Under the pieces are notes generated by a model. It did not search any database and was not told where the DNA came from. It saw nothing but the letters and a program-made list of their open reading frames with translations. From the NCBI GenBank assembly GCA_964626665.1, contig CAZVGK010000015.1, forward strand, positions 1 through 64,000: 64,000 nucleotides of DNA, given 5' to 3'. The position numbers and the translations under genes were made by a program. Position 1 is the stretch's first letter; every line of letters starts with the position of its first letter. This stretch comes from an uncultured Gemmatimonadota bacterium. GTDB taxonomy: Bacteria; SM23-81; DAOVCL01. Positions 10,535 to 19,246 of the stretch are shown here, in pieces.

Positions 10535-10557
10535 AAAATAGGGACACTTCCCATTTT
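10535..10557. repeat. AAAATAGGGACACTTCCCATTTT hairpin; related copies at 10721-10742 (inverted), 12883-12907, 16828-16854
   Basis: Direct sequence comparison. Confidence 0.8.
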
Positions 10558-11006
10558 TAAATCATTTTTCTTGCACTGCCATGTGATTTGGGTATCAATT
10601 TTCTTTGCCCAATTTTCACCAACAAGATTCTCATAAAACTGTATCCCTTTGAGACGCCTTGCCTTTGAGAGAGACTCTTCCTTCCCGGCGAAAGGGAAAG
10701 CATAGTGAGCCCTGGCGGGAAAAATAGGAAGTGTCCTCATTTATCCTTTAAAATAAGAGGTGGGAGGCGTCCCAAGCAGGTGAGGGCGCTGCGGATGTCC
10801 GCATTCCTGCGTTTACAACGCAAAGACCTAACGCCTCGGAAAGTACACCTGGAACCGATACTTGGTCTTCGGGCTTACCTCCCACCTGATAAAATCATAA
10901 GCTGCTATTTCTCCAAGTTCTTTCGACGGTTGCCAAGATAGCCAAGTCGAATAGGGTTCAAATCTAAATTTAACCCACATTGTTTGGGGTCTGGTTGAGC
11001 GAATAG

Positions 11007-11354
11007 TTATGCGGCCTTAATCCATTTTGCGAGCTTTTGCTTTAGTCTGAGGAGGCGATCCTGGTTTATTTGGCCCAATTTTCCAATGAGAATCTCTCCA
11101 TCTACGACAGCGAGCCTGCTGGTTCGAATAACGCTTGGAAATTTCAACCCAGATTGCAAGTGATCCGAATCTTCTGAAGTGATAACTTCATCCAGTTCAG
11201 GTAGTTGCTGATGAAGCTGGGAAGAAATCATGCAAATAAGCCAATCATCATATTCCCCAGGCAATCTGCGCAAAACAAGGACTGGACGAAACTTTCCGGC
11301 CTCTTGATCAGTTCGTAGAAACTTGAATAAAACAATTTGTCCTTCGGAAATCAT
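11007..11354 (-). CDS. PemK/MazF family toxin
   Basis: GQIVLFKF...GKFRPVLVL...ICMISS...GLKFPSVIRTSRL. Confidence 0.88.
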   Translation of the reverse strand: MISEGQIVLFKFLRTDQEAGKFRPVLVLRRLPGEYDDWLICMISSQLHQQLPELDEVITSEDSDHLQSGLKFPSVIRTSRLAVVDGEILIGKLGQINQDRLLRLKQKLAKWIKAA

Positions 11355-11563
11355 GAGAAAATTTCCTTAAGATCATCCAGTGAATAGGGAGACTTTTCGT
11401 CTTCCATTCCTCGCATCGCAGAAGACAGAGAAAGGTCTGTCCAGTCTTTTCTCTCTTGTTTTTCTACATTTGAGCGTAGATATTCCACAAAATCAAGAAC
11501 TTCTACCTGTTTAGATTCCGGCAATGCTTGTATATTTTTGATAATCTTCTCTGCCAAGCTCAT
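11351..11563 (-). CDS. DUF2281-like antitoxin
   Basis: LPESKQVEVLDFVEYL, YSLDDLKE; ATGA overlap with the toxin. Confidence 0.8.
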   Translation of the reverse strand: MSLAEKIIKNIQALPESKQVEVLDFVEYLRSNVEKQERKDWTDLSLSSAMRGMEDEKSPYSLDDLKEIFS

Positions 11564-11671
11564 ACTATCCCTCCAGTTTTACTTATAGTTATGGGACATA
11601 AATTGAATTGGATTCGAACCTTTAATTAGGGGGTTGTTCAACAACAAAAAACTAATCCCTCTAACTTAATT

Positions 11672-11846
11672 CTCAAGATGACCCGGCCATCCCTGGTTGA
11701 TGAACTGTAACTCAAGAATGCAAACTTGAGCGCTGCGGTTTTGTTCCTCCCGATTCCCCATCACCCCACTTCGTTCTGCGAGAGGGTTTTCTCTCTTCAT
11801 CTTCAGGAGTTACGATAAAATTAGCAAATTATCTCCAATTTGTCAA
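11672..11846 (-). promoter_or_regulatory. Promoter plus conserved structured leader, copy A (GEMM-like, degenerate)
   Basis: TTGACA-17-TAATTT followed by a leader homologous to 16984-17160. Confidence 0.5.
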
Positions 11847-12241
11847 GGACTTTTTACGATTTGCTCGGCCCATCATCTCTCGAAGTCGCGATAGATAACC
11901 AGGTAGGTGGAAATTCATTTTGGGACGTAGATGAACGCAGATCCTCAAGATTTTAGAAATTTTTTTCCTGTCAGGGTTCCTGCCCTGACGGAAAGGGGGA
12001 AACACTGGACTCGTTGGTTCTCCTTTTTTTCGCTGTGGAAATAGCCTCTACTTCAACAGAGTCAAGGGGCTCAGACCTCACAGTGTTCTGTCATTGCGAG
12101 GAGTGCAAGCTTTTGGACGACGAAGCAATCTCATTGGTGAGTTCCGTATGAATTGCAGGGACAGGGCTTCAACCCTGTCCAAGGAGATCAACCTTTCAGA
12201 AATCGAGTTTGCTCCTGTCTAACTCCCTTTAAATAGACAAC

Positions 12242-12313
12242 GTCTCACAACCAGGCTTATCTGTTGTTATGGAGCGCAGCTAAATAGCGGTCAGGTGGAG
12301 CGACTTGTTAGGT
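12242..12313 (-). other. Degenerate integron attC site
   Basis: ACCTAAC (RYYYAAC) 6 nt after the toxin stop, GCTCCACCTGACCGCTAT arm, ends GTGAGAC (mutated GTTRRRY); 72 bp. Confidence 0.6.
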
Positions 12314-12319
12314 TGTGCC

Positions 12320-12589
12320 CTATAGTTGAGATAATAATTTATCATAATCCGAATGCGAGCCGATCCAAAACCATACCATTCCACTTTTTGTTCTCTGGCC
12401 GAGAGCACGATAACCTTTTGATACTCGTGCAGAGTAGATTGGGATGGTGGGATGCACTTGTTTAAACCGTAAGCTTGGATGCCACGGATTTTGCCTGAAT
12501 TGTCTATACGCTCCCCGAGCTTGAACACGAACCCGCTCTGGTAATACGGAAAATGCCTTTCTAAATCTCCTTGTGGTTCTCGATTTCAC
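12320..12589 (-). CDS. ParE/RelE-like toxin
   Basis: FRQNPWHPSLRFKQV...YSARVSKGYRALG...WFWIGSHSDYDKL. Confidence 0.88.
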   Translation of the reverse strand: MKSRTTRRFRKAFSVLPERVRVQARGAYRQFRQNPWHPSLRFKQVHPTIPIYSARVSKGYRALGQRTKSGMVWFWIGSHSDYDKLLSQL

Positions 12590-12804
12590 AGGGAATCTGG
12601 ATCAAGTTCCTTTGTTTCCCCATTTCGGTCCTCCTCCATTGCCTCTGCAGCCAGCTTAGCGAGCGCATCCTGCGACTTGGAAAATGCTTGTTCCCAACGA
12701 GCCTCATCCTCCAGCTCTTCAAGGATAATAGTAGCGATGGCATCTTGCTCAGCATCAGGAAGCCTTCCCGCCTTTTTCATTGCGCGTTCAAGTAACTTAG
12801 ACAT
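12586..12804 (-). CDS. Cognate antitoxin (acidic, small)
   Basis: LPDAEQDAIATIILEELEDEARWEQAF; GTGA overlap with the toxin; SD GGAGG. Confidence 0.8.
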   Translation of the reverse strand: MSKLLERAMKKAGRLPDAEQDAIATIILEELEDEARWEQAFSKSQDALAKLAAEAMEEDRNGETKELDPDSL

Positions 12805-13169
12805 ACTGGTTTACCTCCTACTGAACATTTCTGTCCTCTCCTATTCAGTGCATGGGATTTGCTAATTGCTCTTGAAGGAAAAAAAATAGGGACACTTCCC
12901 TTATTTTCTGTATCTTCAATCTTCTAACCCCACCATCTGCAACCCTGAAGATCCCATTCCTCGCCACACCTGGGTCCAGACCTAAGCCAAGAAAGAAACA
13001 GGCCTGCTACCAATTTGCACCTTCGAAAGCCCGTTTATCCTTTGTTGAAGTATGGTCTTTAATCATTGGAGTCTTGTTCTTATAATAACAAATTGTATTC
13101 CCTTTGTCAAGGATCTTCTCGATTTGCTTAACTCAACTCTTCGTAAGTAGCCGTAACTGGCCGAGAAGG

Positions 13170-13263
13170 AAATTTCATTTTGAACGCAGATTGCTAGGAT
13201 TTTAGGTATTAGCTTTCTGCGTTTATCGGCGAAATCTGCGTCCTGATTAAAGGTTCTCTCATT
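13170..13263. repeat. AACGCAGAT...CTGCGTCCTGATTAAAGGTTCTCTCATT element; second copy 17225-17325, partial copy about 11912-11958
   Basis: Near-identical blocks of about 90 nt. Confidence 0.8.
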
Positions 13264-13425
13264 TTTTTCTTGTGTTATCAGAGTTCCTGCCTGCACTGAC
13301 AGGTCCAACGAAGTGAATTTTGGTAGGGGTTGGATTTATCCAATCCGCACCCCTTACGGGTTCGATAAATCGAACTCGTACATTTTAGTGCGACGTCAGG
13401 ATTCCCAACCCTGCCATGAATTAAA

Positions 13426-13459
13426 AAACCTCCCGCAGATTCCAAATCTGCGAGAGGTT
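13426..13459 (-). terminator. Intrinsic terminator of the 1068-aa gene
   Basis: AACCTCCCGCAGATT/AATCTGCGAGAGGTT stem followed by a T-run on the minus strand. Confidence 0.55.
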
Positions 13460-13518
13460 GCTCTCGAACCCCCGATCTACGATCTACGGTTCCTTTTAGT
13501 CCTTTTACTTGTGCCTTG

Positions 13519-16500
13519 TCACTTCAGTAAAATCATCTTCCTTGTCTCCACAAAATCCCCAGCTTTCAACCGATAAAAGTAAACCCCACTGGAGAAAGAA
13601 CTTGCATCCCACCTGACCGATTTATATGCCGCCGTCTGTCTTCCATCTACCAAGGTTGCTACCTTCTGTCCAAGGACACCATACACTTCCAGCCTTACTT
13701 GACAGTCCCTTGGTATGCTATACCTGATCTCCGTAGTTGGATTAAAAGGATTAGGATAATTCTGGGAAAGAGAAAAGCTCTCAGGCAACTTCTCAGTCCC
13801 ATTATTGGAAATACCTACAAACAGGCAACTGGCCTCATTAGAATACTCGCTCTCATTACCGGCAAAGTCAAAGGCAGAAACCTGATAGTAATAGGTGGCA
13901 CCGCTGATGACCGCAGTATCACCGTAGAGTGTATCTATGGTTGTTCCTAGAAGGCTTAAGGTAGTATCTGGGTTAGTCCTTCTGTAGATGGCATAATAAC
14001 GGAAGTCCTCATCTGGGATAGCATTCCAAACCAGGTTTATGGATGTATCCCCTGAAGCGGCCATCAGCCCCTGGGGTGTTGAAGGGGCCAGGTTGTCTAC
14101 CGAATAGCCACTGTCAATTTCGGAGACGAAGTAGACTAATGGTTCAGGAGTCATAGCGGAGATAAAGAATACTGACCAGCAAACACCTTCAACTGTGGAA
14201 TCACACAGAGTAGGTGCAACGTAGTTGTATACCTCCTGTCCACAGGCAGGCACGGCCAAGACATAATCCCAATCCCCTGGAGGGAAGGATTGCAAGGAAG
14301 GAATATTATCCTCTTTAGCCTCTTTACCAACCAATGCAACTGAGAGGCTGTCAATTCTTCTCCATAAGCAGTATTCTGTGATGGTAACCGTATCCCCTGG
14401 GCTATCGTATTCGGAGGCATACCAGGAGACTCTCACCTCCCGTCCCTGGTCATTGGGCACATCGGTGATAGATTTGATAATCGGCGGATTCCATACGGTA
14501 TTGACGATGAAACTCCTCACCGGTATCCATTCCCCATACTCAAACCCATCATAGGCTCTTGCCCTCCACCAGTATGGCCATTCCTCCTCCAGGGGAACAT
14601 CAACCTGCCAACTGGTGTAATCCGTCCCCTCCTGCACCCCAGTTACCGATGTAATAACGCTGTCCATAAGGCTATCGCTGTAAACCACGAAGCTATAGGT
14701 CAAGGTATCCCCCTCACCATCAGAGCTGTTGGAAACAATCAGTATTACTATGCTATCACCCAGGATTTGGCCGTCATAAGGGCTTAAGACTATTGGTATG
14801 GTGGGAAGGCTGTTCATCCTGAAGGATAGATTGGCCCAACTTGACCACAGTCCGCCACTATTCTTGACTTTTGCCCTCAAGTAGTAGATCTCCCCATCAA
14901 CCAAGGAACTTCCAGCATAGGTTACAAAGGTGTCCGCACTGCTCGCCTCCCCTATATCCCACATCTCAGCAACCGTCCAGTCGTCATCAGTTCCTACCTG
15001 AACCTGGAAGGTAGCTTGAGCCAAAGTCCCTGGGTCGGAATATGACCAGGCGATTAACGGGTTGTGAGTAATCAGATGTTCTATATCCTCCGAACCCCCA
15101 ATGTCCAGATTGGAAATAAACGGGTGTGGGCTTTCACCCACCAGAACGGTGGTGAACTTGGTGGAATCCACATTAGAGGTTATGGTGACCATTTCCCCAA
15201 CTGTAGCTCCAATGGATATACCTTCCACGCTGACGGAGTCTATCAAAGCAGTTCCCCTGAATATGCCGGAGATGGAATCAGTTTCCGTAAGAGCAACACG
15301 AATACCCAATGTATCCGTTGAATCACTGGTTATTGTAACTGTGGTCTGGTTAACACAAATCGAATCGCTGTCTTCACCCTCAAGCTGGATATACATTGTC
15401 GCCCCGACCCACAGATCGATGGTTAAATCATCCGTGTAAGCGCCATCTGCTTTCAGCACCACACAATACACAGAATCCGGTTCACCTACTGTGGGAGAGG
15501 TAAGAATAGGATCATAAAGAACTTTCCCTAAGGTTAAGTCATTATAGTAATCATAAATTCTGTCATCAACCGAATCTGTATTTGTTGTGCCCCACCAGTT
15601 GTAGGTGGCATCAATGTCATTACTGTTATTATGAAGGTAAATCTCATATTCACCCTCGTTCACAAGATTGTTATAGTTTATCGTAGGCGTTGCGTCACCA
15701 TAGCTCTGGCAGTAAATACCAGCCCCATTACCAGAAGCAGAATTCGCAGTGATGGTGTTGCCGGTAATAGTTGGAGCTGCCCTGAAGCAGACAATACCAC
15801 CCCCATTACCAGAAGCAGAATTCCCAGTGATGGTGTTGCCAGTAATAGTTGGACATGCGTTCACAAACTCGCAGAAAATACCACCCCCCGCATCAGCGGA
15901 ATTCCCACTAATGGTGTTGTCGGTAATAGTTGGGGATGAATTGTAGCAGAAAATACCACCCCCCTCATCAGCGGAATTCCCAGTGATGGTGTTGCCAATA
16001 ACAACAGTTGGGTTAGAACAATAGAGGTAAATACCACCCCCATGTCGGCAAGTCCACCAATCGCCATTCCCAGTTATGGTGTTGCCGGTAATGGTGGGAG
16101 AGGACCAATCGCAGCAAATACCAGCCCCATCTGAAGAAGCAGAATTTCCAGTGATGGTGTTGCCAGTAATAGTTGGAGATGAAGACCCTCCGAAGTAAAT
16201 ACCACCGCCATAACTACCGGAATTCCCAGTGATGGTATTGTGACTAATGAACGGTGAAGCGTTGTCACCATGGATTGCACCGTCGTAATTTGTCCCTGGG
16301 ATATCTCCTCCATACTCAATCCTACAATACTCAACAATGCACCCACTAACATAATTGCCCAGTGTATCCAAAACTACATCCACGCTGGTATCAACAAACT
16401 TGATACTTCCCCAGTCCCTTGGTTGTGGCGTTGCATTGTTACTGGTGAAGACAATGCTATCTGTCACCGTCCCCCTGGCTATCAACTCCGCGCCAATATT

Positions 16501-16725
16501 AAGGGATAGTCCATCGTTGAATTTCACCGTCACCCCGGGCTCAATGGTCAAGGTTGCTCCATCGAGCACCTGCACTGTACCCACCACAATATAGGGACTC
16601 CCAGCGATCGTCCAGGTGGTATCAGAGGTGATATTGCCACTAACCTCCGTATCGGCAATGGCTTGCTGAAGAGCAAAACTAAAGAGAAATATCATTGCAA
16701 CGAAACCTACTGTTGCCTTTCTCAT
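13519..16725 (-). CDS. Secreted right-handed beta-helix protein with Fn3-like domain and T9SS/FlgD-type CTD
   Basis: Signal peptide; tandem [18 protein letters not shown] repeats; [11 protein letters not shown] Fn3; [12 protein letters not shown]. Confidence 0.88.
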   Translation of the reverse strand: MRKATVGFVAMIFLFSFALQQAIADTEVSGNITSDTTWTIAGSPYIVVGTVQVLDGATLTIEPGVTVKFNDGLSLNIGAELIARGTVTDSIVFTSNNATPQPRDWGSIKFVDTSVDVVLDTLGNYVSGCIVEYCRIEYGGDIPGTNYDGAIHGDNASPFISHNTITGNSGSYGGGIYFGGSSSPTITGNTITGNSASSDGAGICCDWSSPTITGNTITGNGDWWTCRHGGGIYLYCSNPTVVIGNTITGNSADEGGGIFCYNSSPTITDNTISGNSADAGGGIFCEFVNACPTITGNTITGNSASGNGGGIVCFRAAPTITGNTITANSASGNGAGIYCQSYGDATPTINYNNLVNEGEYEIYLHNNSNDIDATYNWWGTTNTDSVDDRIYDYYNDLTLGKVLYDPILTSPTVGEPDSVYCVVLKADGAYTDDLTIDLWVGATMYIQLEGEDSDSICVNQTTVTITSDSTDTLGIRVALTETDSISGIFRGTALIDSVSVEGISIGATVGEMVTITSNVDSTKFTTVLVGESPHPFISNLDIGGSEDIEHLITHNPLIAWSYSDPGTLAQATFQVQVGTDDDWTVAEMWDIGEASSADTFVTYAGSSLVDGEIYYLRAKVKNSGGLWSSWANLSFRMNSLPTIPIVLSPYDGQILGDSIVILIVSNSSDGEGDTLTYSFVVYSDSLMDSVITSVTGVQEGTDYTSWQVDVPLEEEWPYWWRARAYDGFEYGEWIPVRSFIVNTVWNPPIIKSITDVPNDQGREVRVSWYASEYDSPGDTVTITEYCLWRRIDSLSVALVGKEAKEDNIPSLQSFPPGDWDYVLAVPACGQEVYNYVAPTLCDSTVEGVCWSVFFISAMTPEPLVYFVSEIDSGYSVDNLAPSTPQGLMAASGDTSINLVWNAIPDEDFRYYAIYRRTNPDTTLSLLGTTIDTLYGDTAVISGATYYYQVSAFDFAGNESEYSNEASCLFVGISNNGTEKLPESFSLSQNYPNPFNPTTEIRYSIPRDCQVRLEVYGVLGQKVATLVDGRQTAAYKSVRWDASSFSSGVYFYRLKAGDFVETRKMILLK

Positions 16726-16775
16726 CTTGTTCCCCTCCTTCCTATTTGATACGCTACCTATTTAGCGTTTTAAGC

Positions 16776-16826
16776 TCACTTCATCAAAACCATTCTCCCT
16801 GTCTCCACAAAATCCCCGGATTTCAA
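16776..16826 (-). pseudogene. 3'-terminal remnant of another CTD-bearing gene
   Basis: LKSGDFVETGRMVLMK* versus [17 protein letters not shown] at 13519; shared TGTCTCCACAAAATCCCC. Confidence 0.7.
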
Positions 16827-16983
16827 TAAAGATAGGGACACTTCTCATATTTTTCTAGGCAAATTCGGGGAGCTGCCCATTTTGTATCCTCTAACAGTCC
16901 TCTCTAAGTCCGTCAGGGCAGGAACCCTGACGGCACAGGCGCTTTCAATGTGACGGAAAGGAAAAGCCAGCCTGCTTTAGCTC

Positions 16984-17160
16984 GATCCTTCGGCAGCCCG
17001 GCTATCCTGGGTTATTGAGCTCCGGCTCAAGAATGTATGCCCAAGTCCCGCGGCTTTGTTCCTCCCGATTTCCCCTCACCATACTTCGTTCTGCGGAAAA
17101 AATATGCTTTGTCGCCATCGGAATCTTAATGAAGATAGTAAATTAAATCCTCTTGGTCAA
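16984..17160 (-). promoter_or_regulatory. Promoter plus structured leader, copy B (c-di-GMP-I/GEMM-like variant)
   Basis: TTGACC-17-TATCTT; ACAAAGCCGCGGG...GATAGCCGGGCTGCCGAA resembles the GEMM-I 3' half. Confidence 0.5.
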
Positions 17161-17363
17161 GGATTTTTTTGACGATTTAACTGAACCCCTCTAAAGTCGC
17201 CATAAAGCTGGTAGCACAGGACAATTCCATTTTTGAACGCAGATGAACGCAGATTGCCAGATTTTAGGTATTGGCTTTCTGCGGGTATCAACGAAAACCT
17301 GCGTCCTGATTAAAGGTTCTCTCATTCTTAATTCTACATTCTACATTCTTCATTCTCTCCTCC

Positions 17364-18104
17364 CTACGAGGAGAGCAGATCCTTAAGGATACGCAAAGCT
17401 TTAGAGGCTGGTTGTTGGATGAATATATCGGTGATAGCCTCCGTATATTCTGATTTTTCTATGTTTATCTCGATTATCTTTGCCCCTTGACTTTGGGCAA
17501 TTTTAGGTATCATCCCTGCAGGATAGACCACCCCTGTTGTGCCAATGACCAGCATTGCCTGCAAGTTCTCCATCAACTCCCCAACCCCCTTCAATGCCTT
17601 GACCGGAATAGGTTCTCCAAAGAAGACGAAATCCGGCTTCAGTATGGTGCCACAAATTTTGCAGATAGGGGGAAAGTCCATCTGGGAAAGGTTTGCCTCT
17701 TGATATTCGTCACATCTGCGGCAATACAATAGTCTGGTGTTCCCGTGATATTCGATCACATTCTTGCTCCCAGCTTTGTAATGGAGGTTATCGATGTTCT
17801 GGGTGATTATGCCTTGGAGCAATCCCCTCTCCTCCATCCAGGCCAAGCTGAGGTGGGCGTCATTTGGTTGGACATCCTTTAGGAAGTCGTAGAATATCTT
17901 CTTGATGACCTCCCAGCATTCCTTGGGGTGTCTGTAGAAATAGTCCAATTCCAGAAGTCTGGGATCGTATTTGGACCAGAGCCCGTCCGGCCCTCGGAAA
18001 TCAGGAACGCCACTCTCCACCGAGATGCCCGCTCCGGTGAAAGCCACTGTCTTATGGCTCTGCCTTATCAATTGAGCCGCCCTTTTTAACGCATTGGCCT
18101 CCAT
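17364..18104 (-). CDS. cobB: NAD-dependent protein deacylase (sirtuin)
   Basis: TGAGISVESGVPDFRG, ITQNIDNLH, EYHG, CxxC...CxxC, KPDFVFFGE, IGTTGVVYPA. Confidence 0.93.
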   Translation of the reverse strand: MEANALKRAAQLIRQSHKTVAFTGAGISVESGVPDFRGPDGLWSKYDPRLLELDYFYRHPKECWEVIKKIFYDFLKDVQPNDAHLSLAWMEERGLLQGIITQNIDNLHYKAGSKNVIEYHGNTRLLYCRRCDEYQEANLSQMDFPPICKICGTILKPDFVFFGEPIPVKALKGVGELMENLQAMLVIGTTGVVYPAGMIPKIAQSQGAKIIEINIEKSEYTEAITDIFIQQPASKALRILKDLLSS

Positions 18105-18401
18105 TGATTTCGCGCCTCATCTTTGACTACCTATAAAAATTCACCACGGATAACCACGGAATGACACGGAAAAATAGGGATCAGTAGTCAGTTTAGAGTA
18201 ATCAAGAATTAGGAAGAATAGCGTAGACTTCATTCTCAATTTTCAATTGATAAGTCAGCTCTCAGCGGTTAGCACTCAGCTTTTGACTCTTGTCTTTCGT
18301 CCTTCGTCTCCTCTGATCTACGAGTAACGAGCTACGATACACGATCTACGATGATTTTTTGGTTGCGGCTTTGCCACGCTGTGGGATTCTGGGGTGAGCC
18401 G

Positions 18402-18596
18402 TTACCTTAAGTTTCTGCGGATTTCCCCATTTGGTAACATATTGTCTGGGTGGAATTCCCCTTTTTCCTCCATTTGGTAACGAATGCAGTTCTTATTGCC
18501 CACCAAGCAATAATTTTCCACCCAATACTTCTCCAATTTCCCTTCATCAGTGAAGTACTTGATGGGACAACTGTAATACCATTTGCATACCGCCAT
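18402..18596 (-). CDS. Small Cys-rich hypothetical protein
   Basis: 64 aa, C..CP...YC...CIRY...HPDNMLPNG; AAGGAG upstream. Confidence 0.7.
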   Translation of the reverse strand: MAVCKWYYSCPIKYFTDEGKLEKYWVENYCLVGNKNCIRYQMEEKGEFHPDNMLPNGEIRRNLR

Positions 18597-18864
18597 ATTT
18601 TTTGTTTGAATTTGTCTCCTTCGCTATTTGTAGTGCATAACGAGTACAAATCCGAAGCGAGACTGGGAATTACGTCTATCGGAACCAACGGCTTATTGCT
18701 GTCAGAGCTCCTGCCCGGACAAAAGAGATTCCTTTCCTGGGTACGATAGTTTCTTTGACCTGCCTAAGGTTTGCAACACTCAAGATATTTTTCGGGATTT
18801 TCAATTTGGGCGTGACTCAATCTAGAGCCCGAAGTGGAGGAAGCACCGGATCTCTTTCTTATCA

Positions 18865-18995
18865 CATCTTCTACAATCTTAATTTCTTCCACTATCAATC
18901 CGTACAATTGTAAACCACCTGATTGATCCGGTGTTCGATCATGTCGGTTTGGCATTGAATTATCATCTCTTTGTGGCTTGTTTTCGCCGTCAAGG
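18865..18995 (-). pseudogene. Frameshifted remnant of a type IIG R-M C-terminus
   Basis: AKTSHKEMIIQCQTDMIEHRINQVVY/LYGLIVEEIKIVED aligns with AKTPDEKTRLQRQIDATDQQIDRLVYELYGLTEEEIKIVEE. Confidence 0.7.
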
Positions 18996-19246
18996 TCATC
19001 GTATACCTGTCCCGCGATTTTGCGAGCAGCGGAAACATCGATTCGAAACGGCGCGCAGCCTCGTCTGATTAACAGGTTCGGGTTCTATCAAAGTGCCAAA
19101 CATTTTGAGAGGGAAATAAAGGACGTGGCGCAGATAAATTCCTATTGCCCCGTTTTCCCTCATTCCCTGCGAATTTAAAAAAAGATGTGCTGAATGTGTA
19201 GCTAGGCTACAGTGGACAAAGCAGCTTCCGCACACTCTTTTTATCT

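Noticed and set aside
10519-10941. ORFs of 73 and 78 aa as a possible toxin for the Phd antitoxin
   Set aside because: They start and end in hairpin repeats; the toxin-like remnant is in a different frame
15700-16250. Repeat-spacer pattern as a CRISPR array or DGR variable region
   Set aside because: Repeats are in-frame beta-helix coding units; no cas or reverse transcriptase genes in the window
17364-18104. Sirtuin as a Thoeris/DSR-type defence NADase
   Set aside because: Single-domain enzyme with the zinc-binding CxxC pairs and motifs of housekeeping CobB
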